This document shows positions 26,670 to 38,822 of a DNA stretch of 64,000 bases, piece by piece. Made by a program: the position numbers and the translations under genes. The notes below the pieces were generated by a model that saw only the letters and a list, made by a program, of their open reading frames with translations, did no database searches and was not told where the DNA came from. Origin of the DNA: Styela clava (taxonomy: Eukaryota); assembly GCF_964204865.1 (NCBI RefSeq), contig NC_135257.1, positions 9,362,001 through 9,426,000 of the forward strand. Reading direction: 5' to 3'. Each line of letters opens with the position of its first letter. Positions within the stretch are counted from its first letter, which is position 1.

Positions 26670-27513
26670 ATGTCCGTGTTATACGCAATTTTAGTTTTGT
26701 CCACAGCAGCAATTTTTCAATCTCAATCTCAACCACCTTGCGACTTGAATTCATGTCGATTACAAGTAGTTTGTGAAAGTGATGGCATGGGACATACTAG
26801 GCATCCAGAAAGTGAGGGTTAAACTTGCGTTATTTACAAAGTATTTTTAATTGATAAACAGTATACATAACGATGTTATTGATGTTGCAGAATGCCCACA
26901 GACTGCCTACAATTTTCCCGGTGGTCAACAAACAACAGATTATATTCGTGTCAAGTCTCCGATACCACAGATGCGTCAATTTTCTATATGTGCATGGATG
27001 ACACCGAAACCGGGTACGAACATGAAGGGTGTTTTTGTGAGTTACTCCACACCGAGAATGGACAATGCGTTTCTAATGATGTTGGAAAGTAGTGGTAAAT
27101 TGACCCTGTCTTACAATCAAGTTTATATTGGGGATAATACCATTTTCCGCTTGGCCACCAGAACGCATTTTTGCATAAGTCTGGAAGCATTTCTTGGAAC
27201 AGCAAAGATCTATCTCAACGGAGCACTTTTTCAAACACTTACATTTGCCAACGAACGAAATGAAATAGAAGGTGGAGGTGCTTTCATAATCGGACAAGAA
27301 CAAGATAGTTATGTGGGCGGTTTTGATGGCAGCCAGTCGTTCGCTGGAGTGATTGAAAATTTCATGATGTGGAATCGAGCTCTCAGTCCAGAAGAGATAA
27401 CAACTTTGTATCATGACAAATGTATGTGTCCAAAACACCACATGTTGCATCTAGCACTTCATGAAATTCAAGTGTATGGAAAGGTGACAGCGAAGGCTGT
27501 AGATGGTTGTTAA
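26670..27513 (+). CDS. Secreted short pentraxin (CRP/SAP-like), copy B, 254 aa
   Basis: Exon 1 is 26670-26811 (signal peptide MSVLYAILVLSTAAIFQSQS followed by CDLNSCRLQVVC), then a 79-nt GT-AG intron and exon 2 at 26891-27513. Pentraxin motifs: FSICAW, HFCIS, IIGQEQDSYVGGFDGSQSFAG, MWNRALSPEEI. Confidence 0.93.
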
Positions 27514-29399
27514 TGAAGAAAATTTCAAAAGAAGGCAAGCTATACATTGCGAATTGAGGACGGTGAATCATTCCTTTAACGACATTATTTCTGGATTTGA
27601 ATAGCGTTACACATTTCTGTATTAACGCCATGCTTTAAGTACAGTATTAAGGTGCAAAATGTAATATCTTTTGAAACGAGGTGGCAATTTGTATCATCTT
27701 TAAACAATGGTTTAGTAAAATTTGATTAAAATTTATCCAAATAAATATTTTTCTTATTATTGTGAATAAATTCCAATCAAATAAAAAATATTTTTCCCAT
27801 TTCCTGTATTATAAATAAAATCGCAAAACCTTTCAAGAAAAGTTCGACAATATTGAAACCTATGTTACCGGGTATGAGAGGCTAGCGCTTGATAGAGGAC
27901 TTTGGTTTAATGTGAATATCCGCATAGAAAGACCTTGAATTTATTTCATTATTGGGAATAATAAGACCCCCTTCCCGACGCAATATTTGCTATCGATTAA
28001 AATCATAAAATAATTTTGGTGATGGATATATTGAAGAAAAGGCATATATTATGTAATCGTGACTTTATAATAGCGTTGAAGGTGCGTGGAGAAGAACATG
28101 GCTCAGTAGCTTACTATCAGTAGCAGTATAGCTGCTATTCAGTGACAAAAAGATTTTTAAATATAAAATAATTGGTCATTACACATGAACGACACTAATG
28201 CAGCAAAGGAAAAAATTTAATGAAAGTAAAACAGATTGTTTCTATGAAATAGAACTATGGAGTAAACCATATACTATGGAGCATATATTTGAGATGCTAT
28301 TTTGTTGTGTTGTTTTTTTCACCTGACAACTAGATTAAAATATTGAAAATGACTTCAAGACTGTTGGTAGCCTTTATTCAAAACAATACCAAATCAAAGC
28401 TATTCAAAGTGACAGATAATCCAAAATCGAGGTGACTCAACAGTAAAGAAAACAAAACAGAAGTCAGCTACATAGTTCATGCTAATGGTATCATAATATT
28501 GGGCGCATCTATCAGATATATCAGCCGGGTCCGAATCTCATGAGTGATGTGACAATGTGTCACACAACTGCCATACTACTGTCAATATTAGTCTTAAAAT
28601 CAAGTTTTTTTACAAAGTATTCTAAACGAAATCATATGCTCACCAAATGCTTGGATTGCGGGAAATTGGAATATCTTTTAGGGTTCACACCAAAAATATT
28701 TGGGGGAACCCTGGGCTAGACTACCAACTCATTCTAACAACAATTCAGTTCATTAAAAATTCAGCTACTAACTTTTGGATTTATCATAACTATGAGAATT
28801 GATTTTTACCAAACCATCTGTATGCCACATGCTTATGGCGTACCATCTTAGCCGAGCGTGCCCAGGGTTGTGTCCCCCTTCCTGACACAGTATATTTAAG
28901 GGGTATTTAGGCTCTCGTTTAAGAAGATCTGCGCCGCAATATAAACTACTGTGACGTTATATTTTTTTGCCTTTTCCTATTTCAATACTGAGTGATTTCA
29001 ACAATAATACACGTTTCACAATTCTACCATCAACAACTGAAAGCTACAGTGCAAGCAACGTTTTTATTTTAACTTTCTAAATATTGGACCACGACACCTC
29101 GATAATATTTTAATAGAATCTGTATATATATGTCATTAATCTTAAAAATTGTTATATTTACCACATCAAAGTGTCATATTACACGAATTTGTTTGATAAC
29201 AATTTATTCCACGTAATTCGGGATACAAGTTTCTTTTTCATCCTACGCGCAGAGTGAAACGGCGCAGGTTTCACCAGTACTTATTTAATGTCAATTATTT
29301 TTTAGATTTAAAATTAATGCATTACATTGATAAAATTGGCAGAGCTGAGATTGATTCCAAAAAAAAATAGGAAATTAGATAAGAGAGTAAGAACTATAA

Positions 29400-30710
29400 A
29401 TTGCTTTTCCGTAATAATATACTGATAAAAATTGTGCATTTTGCATGAATTTTGATTTTAGCCAATTTGTCGCTACAACTCAACTTTGTGTGCATAGCTC
29501 TCGTCTGTCTCTCCCGGTCGAATATATATTTTTTGTGAGACGCTCCAATAGTTTTAGTTCCAACTTTCGGATGTCATCTTCAGTTAGCTAATTCTTCTTT
29601 TTCAGATCCAATTGCCGGAATGCCGCGTCGGACCTGTTTGTCGTTTTTCTCTCGACTCATCATTTCTTACTTTTTCGAAATATTAAAAAATCTGAAATAT
29701 ATGACATGTATTATAGCTGCTTGAACACTTTTTCACCAGGACATCTCTGTGGTATAAGTAAGTATGAATAAGAAATAACCTAAATGGAATTTAGTTGGAT
29801 TTGTTGTAGTTTATCCGTAGATCTTAAAAAACAGTTCGAAAAGCTATAAGATGGACCAGACTGAACGTAGATTTCAGTATATAATTTTGCTCTCGTTTTC
29901 TGTGATCACTGCGCTATATTTTCTGTGGCCAACACATTTGGTTTGCTCCAGGTAGACTAATAAACTTATTACCTTTCTCTTCTCAGTTTATCACCGTCTC
30001 TAAGCAGGAAATAAAAATGGTGACGGAGTATTTCCGGATTTGATGTAAGATTTTCCGAATTGATTACTCTCTTTGCCTGAATAAATAAATATATATGAAC
30101 AAACAACATTATATAAATGTAGTTTGGGCAGAAAATGATCAACTTAACGGCTTCTTTATCATGAAAACCCAATGAGTCTTAAATTGCATTGAATGTCGGA
30201 CATTTTAAACGCAATTATTATTCATATGCGCGGACTATTTATTATACAGGGTGGGTAAACAGTACGTTGAGAGTTATTAAAGTGAAAAAACTATAATCCT
30301 AATTACATTCTGCTATCCCGTAGATACAGAATCCAAAAACTGAAAAATGGATATGTCGAAAAAAATTCGTTACTTGAAACAAACAGTGGTTGAAATATCA
30401 ATAAATCTGTCGTCTCAATGAAATAATTAATTAGATCGTCAATATAAGGTGGCAAGGAGTAAAATGTTCATGTTGAAAACAAAATAATAAACTTAATATT
30501 GGCTTTGAAATATCAAACTAGATGATACTGGTAGTCTGTTTAGAAAAGTTGAAACTGAATGAACTACATCTTCAAGTTTCCACATAAAAGAAATTTCATC
30601 CATTGTTGTATATCCGCTTCTGCACAGCCAATGTCAGTAATTTTTTTCTGTGGACTCCAGTAGAAAATGATAGACTCCTACCGTATGATATTACGTGATG
30701 AAGATGACCT
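29400..30710 (-). pseudogene. JmjC-RDEL relic 2 (last three exons)
   Basis: Homologues of the last three exons of 38823-41772 lie at ~30708-30565 (GHLHHVISYGR), ~30076-29973 (RVINSENLTSNPEILRHH) and ~29690-29473. They carry indels and an in-frame TAG, and the C-terminus has changed to KVEL. Confidence 0.88.
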
Positions 30711-30841
30711 GAAACATAAAAGTTTTGTTCCCTTTCTGACTATATAACACACATAAGTTCTACAAAAATACGAACCCAAACTCACCAAATAATTATGTTG
30801 ACAAATAACGAGACCATAAATTTTTATGAAATTGTCTATTA

Positions 30842-31383
30842 CAGTGGTTCCGAATCTTTATGTGCGTGTGCGCCAAATTATCAGGGAAAAAACTCACGCG
30901 CACATACTCGAAAAAATTGCTGCTTTTATAAATAAAACTCAATATTGTGATCGTTATGTGTATTTTATGCCTTTCAAAGTTTGTAAACATGTAGAAAGAG
31001 TCCTTTCTCCTTTCTTCATGATTCTCCTTTGAAATACTGAAAGTCACTCATGTTCGCTAAATTCGGCTCATCGCATGAATAAACTGGAGCTCGTGGAACT
31101 GCTGTAAATAGTGGCTATACCTCTACTATTAGGTAACAATTGGTAACAATAGAGGCAGACATTACGTAACAGGAAGTAAACGACATAGAAAGGTAAAATG
31201 AACATATTGATTCATATAAACACAACATTTGAAACTAGAAACAATAAAACGGTAATTTTTAATGAATACGATAGGTAAATATTCAACCATATATTAGTTA
31301 AGTTTAACACAATTCTGTTAATTTTCGGAGCGCACTTAGGAAATCGCAGCGGCGCACTAGTGCGCCCTGTTTGGAAACCACTT
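30842..31383. mobile_element. hAT-type MITE with 8-bp TSD
   Basis: Termini CAGTGGTTCCGAA... and ...TTGGAAACCACTT, flanked by GTCTATTA / GTCTATTT. A related inverted fragment lies at ~60220-60278. Confidence 0.7.
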
Positions 31384-31944
31384 GTCTATTTTATTGCAAA
31401 ATATCCTCCTATAAATTAAAAACACAAGTGGAGGAAATTATAAATAGCGTGCAACTAACTATGTATCATGATTAGCAGGGAATATTGCGTTCGTATGACG
31501 TCAGTGTAAGCACTCTATCTCCGGATCAGTTATAGATTCTCCTTAGGGGTTATCTTTCTGAACAGAATATATTTTGATTCAAACTTAATTATCAGGAAAT
31601 AAGCAAAAATAGATATGGACTAACAGGGCAGGATTGAAGCTCTGGGGGTAGGCTATACCACAATAAATTAAAAAACGATTCCTAGGTTCGCTGTTGCCTA
31701 AATATTTATTTATTTCATTTATTCGATGTTTTTAATTCCTTCAACCCTTAAAATATTCGCGACGAATTTTAGTGACTTGATTAAAAATATAAACAAATAT
31801 CAGTTGTAAAATTTCAAACGGGTGAGATTCTGGAACAAGCTGCTTTTAAAATCCAAAACAACTTATGAATAAATACCAATTCAAAATTGAATGTCAAGGT
31901 CTCCGGGCTCCAGTCTACATAGTACATAATGAGGAAAATGGCCC

Positions 31945-32782
31945 TGTTTACTAAATAATAATCGATACTATTTTTTCGCCGATACCAACGAGAAAACGCC
32001 AATACCGATACGCTGATATTTCAGAAAGCCGACATTTTAATACCGATATTCCGATAATATGTAGATATCATTTTGGGTGTACGGTAAGGCATAAAATAGT
32101 TGTATGGGAACTATATGTACGGTGAACATTATTTCGGCTTGAAAACGGACACCACAGAAAATAAAAATTAAGATGCATTATTCTAGATGCCACTAGATGT
32201 CACTAGATTGCCTACTAACGATTTATTGAAATACTGGTACATATGCGAAGGTAAGAAATTTTACCCATTTTTATCAAACAAATTATAGTAGTTTCTGCAG
32301 ATGTCTCGTAGTGCACCGACGCATGGAATCGCTGTGCTCGATTAAAAGCACATAGCTTGGTGATACTGCACATGGTGAAGAAATACGCACATGTTAACCT
32401 ATCCTGTTAAATCAATACGAAGAGTTGGGTACGTATGATTTTGTGACATTTCTATGTCATATTTTGTACTTTGCACAAAAGGAGAATCCAGTATTATATT
32501 TGGTTTGGTTATAAACAAGTTATATATTTGGTATATGAAAAGTTGATGTCAGTGGGCATTACTCAGTAGCATGACTCAGCGTTAACGAGTAGATGGCCCG
32601 AACGTGATTCCGCCACGGCTAAAAATAATTTCAGTTATCAGCGTCCGTATACTAACTCATATTTTAAAACATTCTAGAAAATAGGTGGAGGAAAAAGAGG
32701 TGAAAATATCGGCATAATGTAGCCTATACCGATATCGGAAAAATGGCCGATTTTTTCCGATACCGATACATCGGTACATATC
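31945..32782. mobile_element. Non-autonomous DNA transposon with CCGATA subterminal repeats
   Basis: Multiple ccgatac/ccgatat motifs at 31975-32060 and 32725-32780. Paralogous to 24612-25405. Confidence 0.5.
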
Positions 32783-34152
32783 AAATATACCAATCTGTTA
32801 CCGTGGATGGTCGCGACTTATTCGTAAAATATTTTGTTTCACATACATATAAAAAAAAAATGGAGACTTGAGAAAAATATTCCGTTCATCACACACTGCA
32901 GTTGCGAGCCAGGCACCACAACGCACATTCTTCAAACAATTACAGCAAATTCCATTTCCAGTGAATTTCCCGCAACTGTTTCCTAAACGATGATGACTAA
33001 ATAAGGTTAGAATTTGGAATTAAATCTAAAATCGAACTCCGTTTATGAAATATCGGAAGCAACTGCATTTTCTGCAAACTTCAGATCGGAATTTAGGTTA
33101 TATATGTTTACTGGAAAATATAGAGGTAATTTGATAATATTGTACTAGTAAACACAACCTTTCGAAACGATCCATATTTGGAAACATAACATTATGTTAA
33201 GACGACAAAAACGCATTAAGAACATGACGAATTCTGGATAATACGCCAGGCGTGCAAAAATTGTCTGGGGTATGATTGTTAAAAAAAAAATAAAGACTGA
33301 AAACGAGGTATTTGAATAAGCAGATGTGATTTAGACGGTCCGTTACTAAAGCGGAAAGACTCGAAGACATATTTTGTTACAGATAGGTTTAAAGCGTGCA
33401 TCGACATACTGTGGTTATTTCTAAAATTTACTTCTATTTGCCGACAGAACAAATAGACTAGTATTTTTTATGAGAGAGCAAAACACATTCAACATATTTC
33501 GGTAAAAGTTTATATCAGCTACAATTAACATTACAGTGAATTTATTTTTTGGGTAATCTTGGATTATCGTCACGCTATAGCATATGGGAATTGACACTCG
33601 CGATTTCCAACTTTTTCAGTCTAAATTATATTGGATTGTTTATTTTATTTGAGGATATATGGTATTTTATTCTTCGTATATATATCATTTGGGAAAAATA
33701 TTATTTTTGATATAGGTGCGCAGAGCACGTATATTGATGATCTATTTTGGGATTAAACATCGTGGATACTGTAAATTACAAACGTTTATCGAATGTTTAA
33801 TCTTCGGGACTCATATAGATATATATAATTAAGTTGCTATATTGCGAATGTCCTCAGGTCACATTTCTTTTACAATGCGCCATTATGACATCACACGCCT
33901 GCATCATTCAAATAAATTTGAATCCGTCTGCCTTTAAAAAATTGAACCATGTGAAATTATTCACTCTTAATGGCATAACAATATCTTCAGTAAGTTTTTA
34001 TGTTTTACTCAAAACCGATAAAATGACTTACGTACTTTTGTTATTAGCGAGACGATATTTTGTTATAAATCACTTTGTACGTGCATATCTGCATATTGGG
34101 GTGAATTCTATAATCTGAAAAAATCTGCAAGATTTGAAAAACAAATTATGAT

Positions 34153-34845
34153 TAGGGCTGGGAATGGTTAACTGGTTAACCGGTTAACCGATTTTAGATG
34201 GTTATCGGTTGCGATTTATTTTAACCGTTAACTGGCATCTCAGGTACAAATCAGCTTTATAATGTAACATTCTTTCAAAAATGATTACGTCATCGCAAAT
34301 TTATTCCCTGTGGCGTTAACTCAAAAGAATATCACTAACTATTTTAATAAGGACCCAATAAATGTGGAAAATAATTGAAGTACCAAGATTGCTGATTATG
34401 AAAATTTGACAATAATTAATTATGAATCAGTTTTCGGTCGAAATATATTGTTCACGATTTCATTTCAAAATCGTTTATTCAATCTCAACCACCAAGTGCG
34501 TAGTTGATGCTGTTTTTCTTTATATATATCAAAGTAGGATTTGCAATCAAACACTAAAATTTCGTCACATAAATGACATTTAATAACAGATTCTGGTTTT
34601 TCTAAAATACTTCCATATGTCCTACCCACACTGAATATCTCTTGCAGCAGAGCGATCACGAAACTATCTCGATTCGTGAATAATTTTGAGCGATACCGGG
34701 ATAAGGTCGCGCGAAATTGCTTTGTAACCATTGTGACGTAACAAGCAAAAAATTATAAATTATTATGTGAAACAACACGCTGTGGTTAACCGGTTAATGT
34801 TACCCGGTAATCGGTTAAAGTGTTTCTCTGAAATTACCAGCCCTA
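34153..34845. mobile_element. hAT-type MITE (TAGGGCTGG TIRs, GGTTAACC subterminal repeats) with BED-finger relic
   Basis: Termini TAGGGCTGG... and ...CCAGCCCTA with a degenerate 8-bp TSD ATTATGAT/ATTGTCAT. It is absent from the paralogous site at ~26040. The minus strand gives DIWKYFRK../ESVIKCHLCDEIL. Confidence 0.75.
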
Positions 34846-35475
34846 ATTGTCATTATTTAGAAAAGCAATGCAACCGACTGTGTTGCGCGTGTGTTCACTG
34901 AAAAATACTCATTTGAACTAATCGAGAAGAATTTGAGTAATCCCTAAAAATAGCATCCTCCATCGTCCAACTCACGTGTTTATACTTTTTGGGTTTTAAT
35001 ACGAAACGATCTAGCAAAACTTTCGGTTTCAAAATCTTATGAGTGAATACAATTTTCCGATTTTTTGAAACAAAGAAACAGTTAAGAAACGTCACAATGA
35101 AGGATTGACAGCAAAAATGGTGTGCGAATTAGTTGTTAAAAATATTAATTTTAAAGATAATTGTACATCTTGGCAGTATTTTGATATCTCGACACTGACT
35201 CATTTCATTGCAAATAACCTCCGAAAGTGTAAATTTATTTTTACAATAGAATACAACATGGCCATCTTTTTTTTACGTCTCATCACGGGATTTGTTAAGT
35301 AAAAATTCATAATAACCCACTGCCACTTCTTTTCAGTCCTAAATAAACGCGTCACTGAGTTCCTTTAGTATTTTTTCACGTAAAAAAAGTCTCTCATGTT
35401 TTAGAAACTCGTCTATATAAACTGAGAGAGTTAAAAAACCTGCACTTCATTTTTCAGCAATATCGGGGAAAAATC

Positions 35476-36322
35476 ATGTCCGTGCTATACGCAATTTTAG
35501 TTTTCTTCGCAGCAGCAGTTTTTCAATCTCAATGTCATTTACCTTGCGACTTGAATTCATGTCGATTGCAAGTGGTTTGTGACAGTGATGACATTGGACA
35601 TACTAGGCATCCAGAAAGTAAGTGGTAAACTTGCGTTATCTACAAAGTATTTTTAATTGATAAACAATATACATAACGATGTTATTAATATTGCAGAATG
35701 TCCACAGACTGCCTACATTTTTCCCGGTGGTCAACAAACAACAGATTTTATTCGCCTCAAGTCTCCAATACCACAGATGCGTGAACTCTCTATATGTGCA
35801 TGGATGACACCGAAATCTGGTTCGAACGTGAAGGGTGCTTTTGTGAGTTACTCCACATCGAGAATGGATAATGCGTTTCTGGTGTTTTTTGAGGGCGGTA
35901 GTAAATTGACCCTGTATTACAATCAAGTCAATAGTCCGGATACCACAAATTTCCGGATGACGACTAGAACGCATTTTTGCATAAGTTTGGAAACATTTCT
36001 TGGAACAGCAAAAATCTATGTCAACGGAGCACTTTTTCAAACACGTACATTTGCCAGCGAACGAAACGAAATAGAAGGTGGAGGTGGTTTCATAATCGGA
36101 CAAGAACAAGATAGTTTTGTAGGCGGCTTCGATGGCAGCCAGTCGTTTGCTGGAGTGATTGAAAATTTTATGATGTGGAATCGAGCTCTCAGTCCAGAAG
36201 AGATAACAACCTTGTATCAGGACCCATGCATGTGTCCAAAACATCACATGTTGCATCTAGCACTTCATGAAATTCAAGTGTATGGAAAGGTGACAGCACA
36301 GGCTGTAGATGGTTGTCAGTGA
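35476..36322 (+). CDS. Secreted short pentraxin, copy C, 255 aa
   Basis: Exon 1 35476-35617, 79-nt intron, exon 2 35697-36322. Signal peptide, HFCIS and IIGQEQDSFVGGFDGSQSFAG motifs are present. Confidence 0.93.
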
Positions 36323-37489
36323 TAACAAGTTTAACAGACAGCAACGTTATACATTACGAATTGAGGAGGATGATTCAATTTTTTTAACGACATTGCTTCT
36401 AGTTACACATTTCTGTATTAAAGTTATTTTTATGTACAGTATTAAGGTGCAGAGTATAATATCTTCTGAAGCGAGGTGGCAACTTGGTATCATCTCCAAA
36501 CCAATAGTTTAGAATACAAATAAAATTTATCCTAGAAATTAATTTCTTATATTATTGGGAATCAAATACAAAAGTAATCAAAATGTAATTTTCTAACATT
36601 CAGCTTCTAACATTTTGTAATAAAATTATAAAAAGTATCAGTATAGCGACTCATACGCATTTCAAAAATATGTCAATTTTCTGTCATTTTAATTGTAATT
36701 AAAATCGCAACAGTTTTCGAAAAAACATTTCGACATTACTAAAACTTCTGTTGTCGGGTAAAAGACGTTAGCGCTTTTGCATAGAAAGACTCTGAATTTG
36801 TTCTATTATTTGCAACAAATAATAAGATCAAGTCCCCTTTCCGACGCAATCGTTGCTATCGTTAAAAAGCATAAAAGAATATTGGTAACGGGCATCTAGA
36901 AGAGTGTTTGAGAAGAGCATTATTTGATACGGTTTATTATCTGATCGTGACTCGATAATAACGTTACAGATGCGTGGGGAAGGTAAAGGGCCCAGTAGCA
37001 CACTATTACTAGCAGTATCTTCTATTGAGGGACATAAAGATTTTGTAAACAAAAAACAATTGGCCATTACACATGAACGACACTAATGCGCAGAGAAGGG
37101 GGGCAGGGCAAGGAGTCTATCAGTTTCGTGCCAATGCGAGGTTAGCAGCAGCTATGTGGAATTGCTTGATAAGTAGGATTTTGTTTTTTTATTAATTCTA
37201 AAAAACAGTCCATTCAAAACAAGAGTTATGTTGAATTAGCTTTTAACAGGAAGTAAAAAAGGCAAGAGAAATTATGAAACATAGCTCATGGGCCTATTAC
37301 AATACAAAAGCAGTTGCATCATGGGCCCGCTCTACGCCTAAAACAAGTGCGACAAACCAAGTGTGTTAACACAACAATGGAGAATATACCTAGATCAACC
37401 GCAACATACGTAGCTTCGAATCATCAGAACCGGATTTTGTCGAGGCTCTCGAGGTTTGACGCCCCTGGGTTTCAGCCTGCTTTGCCTAA

Positions 37490-37625
37490 TGGTATATCCG
37501 GCCTGGGTCCGAATCCCATGAGTGACGTGACAAAGTGCCAGAGGATTGCTGGACTCCTCGCCGTCGCAGGGTGGTTCACGTAACGGCTTGTCGGTTGCGC
37601 CTTTTTCCGCCAACGGCTTGTATGG
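37490..37625 (+). mobile_element. SINE fragment (family also at 46100-46272 and 54561-54800)
   Basis: 37530-37610 is similar to the reverse complement of 54715-54795. It has a B-box-like GGGTCCGAATCCC at ~37505. Confidence 0.55.
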
Positions 37626-38822
37626 CCAAGTCATCGATATTTGTGGCGTTTCAAAGGATGATTTTTCGCGAATAAGAAGCAATTGACAAGTTTTTATGTC
37701 TATTTCGTTTTTTTAGTTTCAACCTATTCAATACAAACAACTCAACCAAACAGGCAAAATAATTGAATTAATACGATTGTTTTGATGTGAAAGGAAGTTT
37801 TCTGCGCTATCATACAAGAATAAACGAATATAAAATCCAGGCTAGAAGTAAAAAAAAAATCTTCGAGTTGCCGTCTTTCAAATTAAACCTCGAATTAATA
37901 TTTTGTGGTGCAATTATTTACTTATATGTTTCTACAACTGTCATACTACTGTCAATAGTAGTCTTAAAATCAATATTTATTTACAAATTATTTTCCACAA
38001 AATTATTTAGCTCACCAAATGCTTGGATCGCGATAAATTGGAATATTTTTTAGGGGTCGCATCAAAATGTTTTGAGGACCCCTGGACTAGTCTACTAACT
38101 TATTCTAACAACAATTCAGTTCACTAACAATTCAGATACTAAATTTAGGATTTATTATAAATATATATGATAATTGATTTTTTTCCAAACCGTCTGTATG
38201 TCACGTGCTTATGGCGTGCCACATTAGGCGAGCGTGCCCAGTGTTGTGTACCCCTCCCTGACACAGTATATTTGCTCTCGTTTTGGAAAGATTTGCGCCG
38301 CAATTCAAACTACTATGACGATGTATTTTTTTGCTTTTTTTTCATGTCAATACTGAGTGATTTCAATAATACACGTTTCACAGTTTCTATACCATCACCG
38401 ATTGAAAGCTACAGTGAGAGTAACTTTTTTTTAACTTACTAAATATTGAAGCACGACCCCTCGATAATATTTTAATAGAATCTGTATTTGTCATTAATCT
38501 TGGAAATTGTTTTATTTACCACATCAAAGTTTCATATTACACGAATTTATTTGATAACAATTTATTTGATGTAATTCAGGATACAAGTTTCTTTTTCATC
38601 CTACGCGCAGAGTGAAAGGTTTCACCGGTACTTATTTATTGCCAATTTTTTTGTAGATTCAAAATTAATGCATTAAGTTGATAGAAATGGTAGAGTTGAG
38701 ATTGATTTCAAACAAAATAAGTGATTGGATAAGAGAGTAAGAGCTATAAATTGTTTTTCTCTAATAATATACTGATAAAAATTGTGCATTCTGCATGAAT
38801 TTTGATTGTAGCCATTTTGTCG

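Noticed and set aside
26851-26890. ORF-track N-termini MINSIHND../MINNIHND.. of the pentraxins
   Set aside because: These are intron sequence starting at TTG. The real start is the signal-peptide exon upstream.
35636-36256. 206-aa antisense ORF (also 44041-44643 and 27073-27450)
   Set aside because: These are shadow ORFs of pentraxin exon 2. They recur only because the sense genes are duplicates, their lengths are inconsistent, and they have no recognisable motifs.
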